IMG/VR virus record: IMGVR_UViG_2681813267_000002
Reading direction: 5' to 3' (one strand)
Origin: a virus
Taxonomy: Duplodnaviria > Heunggongvirae > Uroviricota > Caudoviricetes
DNA length: 25,434 nucleotides
The position numbers and the translations under genes are program-made. The notes under the pieces were generated by a model. That model saw only the letters and a program-made list of their open reading frames with translations, was not told where the DNA came from and made no database searches. Below, in pieces: positions 1 to 11,649 of the stretch; position 1 is the stretch's first letter; every line of letters starts with the position of its first letter.

Positions 1-155
1 AACAGATGTCTGGAAATATAGGGGCAAATCCAATCGTCGCCGTATTCCCGTATTAACAGAGACCGTAGCCCGACGGGGAACTCCTTCTGCGCGAGTGTGC
101 GGGAATAATCAAAAACGATGCACACCGGGGTTACCGGGTACACATATTTCATCAT
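1..155 (-). CDS. Partial ORF of unknown product (N-terminal 51 codons; continues past the window start)
   Basis: Minus-strand ATG-ATG at 155-150 opens a frame with no stop to position 3 (MMKYVYPVTPVCIVFDYSRTLAQKEFPVGLRSLLIREYGDDW...). Same strand as the two accessory genes to its right. No clear Shine-Dalgarno; the opposite-strand frame is also open. Confidence 0.3.
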   Translation of the reverse strand, partial: MMKYVYPVTPVCIVFDYSRTLAQKEFPVGLRSLLIREYGDDWICPYISRHL

Positions 156-200
156 GCCAGCGAGTCCGGTTCTGGCACGGAAGAAACCGGACGTTATGAT

Positions 201-626
201 TTAGTGCGGAAATATTTGTGTAGTGTTCTGTATGTTCTCAGTAAAGAGTAATGAATTATCAAAGGTATAGTAATACCTTTTGTTTTCGTGGATATTTGTA
301 ATCCATCTGAAAACCCCTGCTGTAGCAAGATTTTTCCTGTATTCGTAAAATGATAACTCTCCTGATTTGAATCCTTTTAAGGTGGCTTCTATAAGGCATT
401 TATTTTTTGAAAATCTTACATTTACAACCTTACCCTGTCCTTTTATTAAAACCGTATTATCGTTTTCAAGAACAAGATGAATATTCTCTGTGGCTAAATA
501 GTAAATGTAATGTGAGACATTGTGACGTTTTAGTTCAGAATAAAACCAGTGATAGTTTAAATTATTTCGCACTTTATCGAATATTTGTTTAAAAATGGCA
601 ACCTGAGCCATTGTAGTACCTTCCAT
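201..626 (-). CDS. Hypothetical AT-rich accessory protein (141 aa; 136 aa if started at the second ATG, 611)
   Basis: Uninterrupted ORF in a markedly AT-rich segment. A GGAAGG Shine-Dalgarno-like motif sits about 7 nt before the ATG at 611, so 201..611 is the likelier true extent. No family recognised with confidence; a similarity to the prophage DUF1398 (YbcV/YdfO-like) proteins is only a recollection from length and context. Confidence 0.6.
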   Translation of the reverse strand: MEGTTMAQVAIFKQIFDKVRNNLNYHWFYSELKRHNVSHYIYYLATENIHLVLENDNTVLIKGQGKVVNVRFSKNKCLIEATLKGFKSGELSFYEYRKNLATAGVFRWITNIHENKRYYYTFDNSLLFTENIQNTTQIFPH

Positions 627-668
627 GTGATATGAGGGGGCGTAGTCTGCACGATTATCTAAATTGCT

Positions 669-902
669 TCAATCTGGTCTAACCTGTTTTCTGAGCAATT
701 CAGTAATGTCACTCTTTTCTTTGTTTGCTTCAGGCGAAACTCTTTTTTCTGAGCACAGTCTCCGGCGGCAGGCTTCAATGACCCAGGCTGAGAAATTCCC
801 GGACCCTTTTTGAACAAGAGCGATGTTAATTTGTTCAATCATTTGGTTAGGAAAGCGGATGTTGCGGGTTGTTGTTCTGCGGGTTCTGTTCTTCGTTGAC
901 AT
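669..902 (-). CDS. Small ribbon-helix-helix (Arc/MetJ-like) DNA-binding protein, 77 aa
   Basis: Translation shows a basic N-terminal tail, then a strand-helix-turn-helix pattern (RNIRFPNQMIEQINIALVQKGSGNFSAWVIEACRRRL) that parallels the Arc repressor fold. I recall a near-identical shorter ORF at the lambda right end and in the DUF3950 (YlcI/YnfO) prophage family; the C-terminal 25 residues differ here. Confidence 0.7.
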   Translation of the reverse strand: MSTKNRTRRTTTRNIRFPNQMIEQINIALVQKGSGNFSAWVIEACRRRLCSEKRVSPEANKEKSDITELLRKQVRPD

Positions 903-1059
903 GAGGTTGCCCTGTATTCAGTGTCGCTGATTTGTATTGTCTGAAGTTGTTTTTACGTTAAGTTGATGCAGATCAATTAATACGATACCTGCGTCATAAT
1001 TGATTATTTGACGTGGTTTGATGGCGTAGATGCACGTTGTGACATGTAGATGATAATTA

Positions 1060-1290
1060 TTATCATTTTGCGGGTCCTTTCCGGCGATCCGACAGGTTAC
1101 GGGGCGGAAGGCGCGCGGGTTTTCGCTATTTATGACAATTTTCCGGTTTAAGGCGTTTCCGTTCTTCTTCGCCGTAACCTAATGTTTTTATTTAAAACAC
1201 CCCCTGAAAAGAAAGGAAACGACAGGTGCTGAAAACGGGCTTTTTGGCCTCTGTCGTTTCCTTTCTCTGTTTTTGTCCGTGGAATGAACA
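1060..1290. other. cos: cos region (cosQ, cosN, cosB) of a lambda-type phage; cosN 12-mer at 1102..1113
   Basis: Flanks match the lambda right end (CCGACAGGTTACG) and left end (CGCGGGTTTTCGCTATTTATGA...) as I recall them, directly upstream of nu1. The 12-mer itself reads GGGCGGAAGGCG, not the canonical GGGCGGCGACCT. Confidence 0.7.
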
Positions 1291-1810
1291 ATGGAAGTCA
1301 ACAAAAAGCAGCTGGCTGACATTTTCGGTGCGAGTATCCGTACCATTCAGAACTGGCAGGAACAGGGAATGCCCGTTCTGCGAGGCGGTGGCAAGGGTAA
1401 TGAGGTGCTTTATGACTCTGCCGCCGTTATAAGATGGTATGCCGAAAGGGATGCTGAAATTGAGAACGAAAAGCTGCGCCGGGAAGTTGAAGAACTGCGG
1501 CAGGCCAGCGAGACAGATCTCCAGCCAGGGACTATTGAGTACGAACGCCATCGACTTACGCGTGCGCAGGCCGACGCACAGGAGCTGAAAAATGCCAGAG
1601 ACTCCGCTGAAGTGGTGGAAACCGCATTCTGTACTTTCGTGCTGTCGCGGATCGCAGGTGAAATTGCCAGTATTCTCGACGGGATCCCCCTGTCGGTGCA
1701 GCGGCGTTTTCCGGAACTGGAAAACCGACATGTTGATTTCCTGAAACGGGATATCATCAAAGCCATGAACAAAGCAGCCGCGCTGGATGAACTGATACCG
1801 GGGTTGCTGA

Positions 1811-1836
<26 letters not shown>
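1291..1836 (+). CDS. nu1: Terminase small subunit Nu1
   Basis: 181-aa translation (MEVNKKQLADIFGASIRTIQNWQEQGMPVLRGGGKGNEV...) is essentially lambda gpNu1, with the N-terminal winged-HTH cosB-binding domain. It overlaps the start of A as in lambda. Confidence 0.97.
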
Positions 1837-5517
<3,681 letters not shown>

Positions 5518-5537
<20 letters not shown>

Positions 5538-6837
5538 TCTCCCGCATATTGCCAGCATGGCTTTTAATGAGCCGCTGATGCTTGAACCCGCCTATGCGCG
5601 GGTTTTCTTTTGTGCGCTTGCAGGCCAGCTTGGGATCAGCTGCCTGACGGATGCAGTATCCGGCGACAGCCTGACTGCCGGAGAGGCACCCGCGGCGCTG
5701 GCGTTATCCGGTGATGATGACGGACCACGACAGGCCCGCAGTTATCAGGTAATGAACGGCATCGCCGTGCTGCCGGTGTCCGGCACGCTGGTCAGCCGGA
5801 CGCGGGCGCTGCAGCCGTACTCGGGGATGACCGGTTACAACGGCATTATCGCCCGTCTGCAACAGGCTGCCAGCGACCCGATGGTGGACGGCATTCTGCT
5901 CGATATGGACACACCGGGCGGAATGGTGGCGGGAGCATTTGACTGCGCTGACATCATCGCCCGTGTGCGTGACATAAAGCCGGTATGGGCGCTGGCCAAT
6001 GACATGAACTGCAGCGCAGGTCAGCTGCTTGCCAGTGCCGCCTCCCGGCGTCTGGTCACGCAGACCGCCCGGACAGGCTCCATCGGCGTCATGATGGCTC
6101 ACAGTAATTACGGCGCTGCACTGGAGAAACAGGGCGTGGAAATCACGCTGATTTACAGCGGCAGCCATAAGGTGGATGGCAACCCCTACAGCCATCTACC
6201 GGATGATGTCCGGGAAACATTGCAGTCCCGGATGGATGCAACCCGCCGGATGTTTGCACAGAAGGTGTCGGCATATACCGGCCTGTCCGTGCAGGCTGTG
6301 CTGGATACCGAGGCTGCAGTGTACAGCGGTCAGGAGGCCATTGATGCCGGACTGGCTGATGAACTTGTTAACAGTACCGATGCGATCACCGTCATGCGTG
6401 ATGCACTGGATGCACGTAAATCCCGTCTCTCAGGAGGGCGAATGACCAAAGAGACTCAATCAACAACTGTTTCAGCCACTGCTTCGCAGGCTGACGTTAC
6501 TGGCGTGGTGCAAGCGACGGAGGGCGAGAACGCCAGCGCGGCGCAGCCGGACGTGAACGCGCAGATCACCGCAGCGGTTGCGGCAGAAAACAGTCGCATT
6601 ATGGGGATCCTCAACTGTGAGGAGGCTCACGGACGCGAAGAACAGGCACGCGTGCTGGCCGAAACCCCCGGTATGACCGTGGAAACGGCCCGCCGTATTC
6701 TGGCCGCAGCACCACAGAGTGCACAGACGCGCAGTGACACTGCGCTGGATCGTCTGATGCAGGGGGCACCGGCACCGCTGGCTGCAGGTAACCCGGCATC
6801 TGATGCCGTTAACGATTTGCTGAACACACCAGTGTAA
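5518..6837 (+). CDS. C: Head maturation protease / scaffold C (439 aa from a GTG start)
   Basis: The listed ORF (5383..6837) contains the lambda gpC N-terminus (TAELRNLPHIASMAFNEPLMLEPAYARVFF...) from the in-frame GTG at 5518, preceded by GAGGAGGAG. The S49/ClpP-like protease core is apparent. Overlaps the 3' end of B. Confidence 0.93.
6232..6837 (+). CDS. nu3: Scaffolding protein Nu3 (in-frame internal start within C)
   Basis: In-frame ATG at 6232 (RMDATRRMFAQKVSAY...) at the position homologous to lambda nu3; shares the C reading frame and stop. Called by lambda homology only. Confidence 0.7.
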   Translation: MDATRRMFAQKVSAYTGLSVQAVLDTEAAVYSGQEAIDAGLADELVNSTDAITVMRDALDARKSRLSGGRMTKETQSTTVSATASQADVTGVVQATEGENASAAQPDVNAQITAAVAAENSRIMGILNCEEAHGREEQARVLAETPGMTVETARRILAAAPQSAQTRSDTALDRLMQGAPAPLAAGNPASDAVNDLLNTPV

Positions 6838-6846
6838 GGGATGTTT

Positions 6847-7179
6847 ATGACGAGCAAAGAAACCTTTACCCATTACCAGCCGCTGGGCAATAGTGACCCG
6901 GCTCATACCGCAACCGCGCCCGGCGGATTGAGTGCGAAAGCGCCTGCAATGACCCCGCTGATGCTGGACACCTCCACCCGTAAGCTGGTTGCGTGGGATG
7001 GCACCACCGACGGTGCTGCCGTTGGCATTCTTGCGGTTGCTGCTGACCAGACCAGCACCACACTGACGTTCTACAAGTCCGGCACGTTCCGTTATGAGGA
7101 TGTGCTCTGGCCGGAGGCTGCCAGCGACGAGACGAAAAAACGGACCGTGTTTGCCGGAACGGCAATCAGCATCGTTTAA
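6847..7179 (+). CDS. D: Head decoration protein D
   Basis: From the ATG at 6847 the product ([27 protein letters not shown]...) matches lambda gpD, 110 aa. The upstream ATG at 6841 in the ORF track is probably not used. Confidence 0.95.
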   Translation: MTSKETFTHYQPLGNSDPAHTATAPGGLSAKAPAMTPLMLDTSTRKLVAWDGTTDGAAVGILAVAADQTSTTLTFYKSGTFRYEDVLWPEAASDETKKRTVFAGTAISIV

Positions 7180-7199
7180 CTTTACCCTTCATCACTAAA

Positions 7200-7222
7200 G
7201 GCCGCCTGTGTGGCTTTTTTTA
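7200..7222 (+). terminator. Short hairpin plus T7 tract between D and E (attenuator- or terminator-like)
   Basis: GCCGC-ctgt-GTGGC stem-loop (one G-T wobble) followed by TTTTTTT directly upstream of the E start; seen in sequence, function inferred. Confidence 0.35.
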
Positions 7223-7234
7223 CGGGATTTTTTT

Positions 7235-8260
7235 ATGTCGATGTACACAACCGCCCAGCTGCTGGCGGCAAATGAGCAGAAATTTAAGTTTGATCCGCTG
7301 TTTCTGCGTCTCTTTTTCCGTGAGAGCTATCCCTTCACTACGGAGAAAGTCTATCTCTCACAAATTCCGGGACTGGTAAACATGGCGCTGTACGTTTCGC
7401 CGATTGTTTCCGGTGAGGTTATCCGTTCCCGTGGCGGCTCCACCTCTGAATTTACGCCGGGATATGTCAAACCCAAGCATGAGGTGAATCCGCAGATGAC
7501 CCTGCGTCGCCTGCCGGATGAAGATCCGCAGAATCTGGCGGACCCGGCTTACCGCCGCCGTCGCATCATCATGCAGAACATGCGTGACGAAGAGCTGGCC
7601 ATTGCTCAGGTCGAAGAGATGCAGGCAGTTTCTGCCGTGCTCAAGGGCAAATACACCATGACCGGTGAAGCCTTCGATCCGGTTGAGGTGGATATGGGCC
7701 GCAGTGCGGCGAACAACATCACACAGTCCGGCGTCACGGAGTGGAGCAAGCGTGACAAGTCCACGTATGACCCGACCGACGATATCGAAGCCTACGCGCT
7801 GAACGCCAGCGGTGTGGTGAATATCATCGTGTTTGACCCGAAAGGCTGGGCGCTGTTCCGTTCCTTCAAAGCCGTCAAGGAGAAGCTGGATACCCGTCGC
7901 GGCTCTCATTCCGAGCTGGAGACAGCGGTAAAAGACCTGGGCAAAGCGGTGTCCTATAAGGGAATGTATGGCGATGTGGCCATCGTCGTGTATTCCGGAC
8001 AGTACGTGGAAAACGGCGTCAAAAAGAACTTCCTGCCGGACAACACGATGGTGCTGGGGAACACTCAGGCTCGCGGTCTGCGCACCTATGGCTGCATTCA
8101 GGATGCGGACGCACAGCGCGAAGGCATTAACGCTTCTGCCCGTTACCCGAAAAACTGGGTGACCACCGGCGATCCGGCGCGTGAGTTCACCATGATTCAG
8201 TCAGCACCGCTGATGCTGCTGGCTGATCCTGATGAGTTCGTGTCCGTTCAACTGGCGTAA
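7235..8260 (+). CDS. E: Major capsid protein E
   Basis: From the ATG at 7235 the product (MSMYTTAQLLAANEQKFKFDPLFLRLFF...) is lambda gpE, 341 aa. The ORF-track start at 7208 is an upstream in-frame extension. Confidence 0.97.
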   Translation: MSMYTTAQLLAANEQKFKFDPLFLRLFFRESYPFTTEKVYLSQIPGLVNMALYVSPIVSGEVIRSRGGSTSEFTPGYVKPKHEVNPQMTLRRLPDEDPQNLADPAYRRRRIIMQNMRDEELAIAQVEEMQAVSAVLKGKYTMTGEAFDPVEVDMGRSAANNITQSGVTEWSKRDKSTYDPTDDIEAYALNASGVVNIIVFDPKGWALFRSFKAVKEKLDTRRGSHSELETAVKDLGKAVSYKGMYGDVAIVVYSGQYVENGVKKNFLPDNTMVLGNTQARGLRTYGCIQDADAQREGINASARYPKNWVTTGDPAREFTMIQSAPLMLLADPDEFVSVQLA

Positions 8261-8301
8261 TCATGGCCCTTCGGGGCCATTTTCTCTCTGTGGAGGAGTT
8301 C

Positions 8302-8700
8302 ATGACGAAAGATGAACTGATTGCCCGTCTTCAGGAGCTGGGTGAGCAATTGAACCGCGATGTCAGTTTGACGGGAACGAAAGAAGAACTGGCGCTTCGT
8401 GTGGCAGAGCTGGAAGAAGAGCTTGATGACACGGATGAAACTGCCGGTCAGGACACCCCTCTCAGCCGGGAAAATGTGCTGACCGGGCATGAAAATGAGG
8501 TGGTATCAGCGCAGCCGGATACCGTGATTCAGGATACGGCTGAACTGGTCACGGTCGTGGCACTGGTGACGCTGCATACTGATGCACTTCACGCCACGCG
8601 GGATAAACCTGTGGCATTTGTGCTGCCGGGAACGGCGTTTCGTGTCTCTGCCGGTGTGGCAGCCGAAATGACAGAGCGCGGCCTGGCCAGAATGCAATAA
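8302..8700 (+). CDS. FI: DNA-packaging / head assembly protein FI
   Basis: The ATG at 8302 follows GGAGGAG; product (MTKDELIARLQELGEQLNRDVSLTGTKEEL...) matches lambda gpFI, 132 aa. Confidence 0.93.
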   Translation: MTKDELIARLQELGEQLNRDVSLTGTKEELALRVAELEEELDDTDETAGQDTPLSRENVLTGHENEVVSAQPDTVIQDTAELVTVVALVTLHTDALHATRDKPVAFVLPGTAFRVSAGVAAEMTERGLARMQ

Positions 8701-8711
8701 CGGGAGGCGCT

Positions 8712-9065
8712 GTGGCTGATTTCGATAACCTGTTCGATGCTGCCATTGCCCGCGCCGATGAAACGATACGCGGGTACATGGGAACGTCAGCCACCATGAC
8801 ATCCGGTGAGCAGTCAGGTGCGGTGATACGTGGTGTTTTTGATGACCCTGAAAATATCAGCTATGCCGGACAGGGCGTGCGCGTTGAAGGCTCCAGCCCG
8901 TCCCTGTTTGTCCGGACTGATGAGGTGCGGCAGCTGCGGCGTGGAGACACGCTGACCATCGGTGAGGAAAATTTCTGGGTAGATCGGGTTTCGCCGGATG
9001 ATGGCGGAAGTTGTCATCTCTGGCTTGGACGGGGCGTACCGCCTGCCGTTAACCGTCGCCGCTGA
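8712..9065 (+). CDS. FII: Head-tail connector protein FII
   Basis: 117 aa (MADFDNLFDAAIARADETIRGYMG...), same size and position as lambda gpFII; GTG start. Confidence 0.93.
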   Translation: MADFDNLFDAAIARADETIRGYMGTSATMTSGEQSGAVIRGVFDDPENISYAGQGVRVEGSSPSLFVRTDEVRQLRRGDTLTIGEENFWVDRVSPDDGGSCHLWLGRGVPPAVNRRR

Positions 9066-9076
9066 AAGGGGGATGT

Positions 9077-9655
9077 ATGGCCATAAAAGGTCTTGAGCAG
9101 GCCGTTGAAAACCTCAGCCGTATCAGCAAAACGGCGGTGCCCGGTGCCGCCGCAATGGCCATTAACCGCGTTGCTTCATCCGCGATATCGCAGTCTGCGT
9201 CACAGGTTGCCCGTGAGACAAAGGTACGCCGGAAACTGGTAAAGGAAAGGGCCAGGCTGAAAAGGGCCACGGTCAAAAATCCGCAGGCCAGAATCAAAGT
9301 TAACCGGGGGGATTTGCCCGTAATCAAGCTGGGTAATGCGCGGGTTGTCCTGTCCCGCCGCAGGCGTCATAAAAAGGGGCAGCGTTCATCCCTGAAAGGT
9401 GGCGGCAGCGTGCTTGTGGTGGGTAACCGTCGTATTCCCGGCGCGTTTATTCAGCAACTGAAAAACGGCCGGTGGCATGTTATGCAGCGTGTGGCCGGGA
9501 AAAACCGTTACCCCATTGATGTGGTGAAAATCCCGATGGCGGTGCCGCTGACCACGGCGTTTAAACAGAATATTGAACGGATACGGCGTGAACGTCTTCC
9601 GAAAGAGCTGGGCTATGCGCTGCAGCATCAACTGAGAATGGTAATAAAGCGATGA
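9077..9655 (+). CDS. Z: Tail completion protein Z
   Basis: 192 aa, same size and position as lambda gpZ. Confidence 0.93.
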   Translation: MAIKGLEQAVENLSRISKTAVPGAAAMAINRVASSAISQSASQVARETKVRRKLVKERARLKRATVKNPQARIKVNRGDLPVIKLGNARVVLSRRRRHKKGQRSSLKGGGSVLVVGNRRIPGAFIQQLKNGRWHVMQRVAGKNRYPIDVVKIPMAVPLTTAFKQNIERIRRERLPKELGYALQHQLRMVIKR

Positions 9656-10047
9656 AACATACTGAACTCCGTGCAGCCGTACTGGATGCACTGGAGAAGC
9701 ATGACACCGGGGCGACGCTTTTTGATGGTCGCCCCGCTGTTTTTGATGAGGAAGATTTTCCGGCAATTGCCGTTTATCTCACCGGCGCTGAATACACGGG
9801 CGAAGAGCTGGACAGCGATACCTGGCAGGCGGAGCTGCATATTGAAGTTTTCCTGCCTGCTCAGGTGCCGGATTCAGAGCTGGATTCGTGGATGGAGTCC
9901 CGGATTTATCCGGTGATGAGCGATATCCCGGCACTGTCAGATTTGATCACCAGTATGGTGGCCAGCGGCTATGACTACCGGCGCGACGATGATGCGGGCC
10001 TGTGGAGTTCAGCCGATCTGACTTATGTCATTATCTATGAAATGTGA
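9652..10047 (+). CDS. U: Tail terminator protein U
   Basis: 131 aa, same size and position as lambda gpU; overlaps the Z stop. Confidence 0.93.
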   Translation: MKHTELRAAVLDALEKHDTGATLFDGRPAVFDEEDFPAIAVYLTGAEYTGEELDSDTWQAELHIEVFLPAQVPDSELDSWMESRIYPVMSDIPALSDLITSMVASGYDYRRDDDAGLWSSADLTYVIIYEM

Positions 10048-10054
10048 GGACGCT

Positions 10055-10795
10055 ATGCCTGTACCAAATCCTACAATGCCGGTGAAAGGTGCCGGGACCA
10101 CCCTGTGGGTTTATAAGGGGAGCGGTGACCCTTATGCGAACCCGCTTTCAGACGTTGACTGGTCGCGTCTGGCAAAAGTTAAAGACCTGACGCCCGGCGA
10201 ACTGACCGCTGAGTCCTATGACGACAGCTATCTCGATGATGAAGATGCAGACTGGACTGCGACCGGGCAGGGGCAGAAATCTGCCGGAGATACCAGCTTC
10301 ACGCTGGCGTGGATGCCCGGAGAGCAGGGGCAGCAGGCGCTGCTGGCGTGGTTTAATGAAGGTGATACCCGTGCCTATAAAATCCGCTTCCCGAACGGCA
10401 CGGTCGATGTGTTCCGTGGCTGGGTCAGCAGTATCGGTAAGGCGGTGACGGCGAAGGAGGTGATTACCCGCACGGTGAAGGTCACCAATGTGGGACGTCC
10501 GTCGATGGCAGAAGATCGCAGCACGGTGACGGCGACGACCGGCATGACGGTGACACCCGCCAGTGCTTCCGTAGTGAAAGGGCAGAGCACCACGCTGACC
10601 GTGGCATTCCAGCCGGATGGCGCAACCGACAAGAGCTTCCGTGCGGTGTCTGCGGATAAAACAAAAGCCACCGTGTCGGTCAGTGGTATGACCATCACCG
10701 TGAAAGGTGTTGCTGCAGGCAAGGTCAACATTCCGGTCGTATCTGGTAATGGTGAGTTTGCTGCGGTTGCAGAAATCAACGTCACCGCCAGTTAA
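10055..10795 (+). CDS. V: Major tail tube protein V (with C-terminal Ig-like domain)
   Basis: From the ATG at 10055 the product ([31 protein letters not shown]...) is lambda gpV, 246 aa. The ORF-track start at 10025 is an upstream extension. Confidence 0.96.
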   Translation: MPVPNPTMPVKGAGTTLWVYKGSGDPYANPLSDVDWSRLAKVKDLTPGELTAESYDDSYLDDEDADWTATGQGQKSAGDTSFTLAWMPGEQGQQALLAWFNEGDTRAYKIRFPNGTVDVFRGWVSSIGKAVTAKEVITRTVKVTNVGRPSMAEDRSTVTATTGMTVTPASASVVKGQSTTLTVAFQPDGATDKSFRAVSADKTKATVSVSGMTITVKGVAAGKVNIPVVSGNGEFAAVAEINVTAS

Positions 10796-10810
10796 TCCGG
10801 AGAGTCAGCG

Positions 10811-11233
10811 ATGTTCCTGAAAACCGAATCATTTGAACATAACGGTGTGACCGTCACGCTTTCTGAACTGTCAGCCCTGCAGCGTATTGAGCATCTCGAC
10901 CTGATGAAACGGCAGGCAGAACAGGCGGAGTCAGACAGCAACCGGAAGTTTACTGTGGAAGACGCCATCAGAACCGGCGCTTTTGTGGTTGCGATGTCCC
11001 TGTGGCATAACCATCCGAAGAAGACGCAGATGCCGTCCATGAATGAAGCCGTTAAACAGATTGAGCAGGAAGTGCTTACCACCTGGCCCACAGAGGCAAT
11101 TTCTCATGCTGAAAACGTGGTGTACCGGCTGTCCGGTATGTATGAGTTTGTGGTGAATGATGCTCCTGAACAGGCAGAGGACGCCGGGCCTGCAGAGCCT
11201 GTTTCTGCGGGAAAGTGTTCGACGGTGAGCTGA
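10811..11233 (+). CDS. G: Tail assembly chaperone G
   Basis: 140 aa (MFLKTESFEHNGVTVTLSELSALQRIEHLD...), same size and position as lambda gpG. Confidence 0.95.
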   Translation: MFLKTESFEHNGVTVTLSELSALQRIEHLDLMKRQAEQAESDSNRKFTVEDAIRTGAFVVAMSLWHNHPKKTQMPSMNEAVKQIEQEVLTTWPTEAISHAENVVYRLSGMYEFVVNDAPEQAEDAGPAEPVSAGKCSTVS

Positions 11234-11649
11234 GTTTTGCCCTGAAACTGGCGCGTGAGATGGGGCGACCCGACTGGCGCGCCATGCTTGCCGGGATGTC
11301 ATCCACGGAGTATGCCGACTGGCACCGCTTTTACAGTACCCATTATTTTCATGATGTTCTGCTGGATATGCACTTTTCCGGGCTGACGTACACCGTGCTC
11401 AGCCTGTTTTTCAGCGATCCGGAGATGCATCCGCTGGATTTCAGTCTGCTGAACCGGCGCGAGGCTGACGAAGAGCCTGAAGATGATGTGCTGATGCAGA
11501 AAGCGGCAGGGCTTGCCGGAGGTGTCCGCTTTGGCCCGGACGGGAATGAAGTTATCCCCGCTTCCCCGGATGTGGCGGACATGACGGAGGATGACGTAAT
11601 GCTGATGACAGTATCAGAAGGGATCGCAGGAGGAGTCCGGTATGGCTGA
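10811..11649 (+). CDS. T: Tail assembly chaperone G-T fusion, made by a programmed -1 ribosomal frameshift
   Basis: The T frame (11215..11649) is open in the -1 frame relative to G and begins at the slippery site near the G 3' end, as in lambda G/GT. Confidence 0.88.
11209..11215 (+). other. Slippery heptamer G_GGA_AAG for the G to G-T -1 frameshift
   Basis: GGGAAAG read in the G zero frame as G-GGA-AAG; identical to the canonical lambda recoding site. Confidence 0.88.

Noticed and set aside
1-198. Plus-strand open frame from the window start to TGA at 196..198 (TDVWKYRGKSNRRRIPVLTETVARRG...)
   Set aside because: Arg-rich and not protein-like, with no start codon in the window. The opposite-strand frame looks somewhat more plausible but is itself only low confidence.
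407-592. 61-aa plus-strand ORF inside the AT-rich accessory gene
   Set aside because: It is fully contained in and antisense to the longer 141-aa ORF, in AT-rich DNA where short ORFs arise by chance.
1192-1772. Minus-strand ORFs of 179 and 120 aa overlapping cos and nu1
   Set aside because: They are antisense to the strongly supported nu1 and span the cos region; their products are unconvincing.
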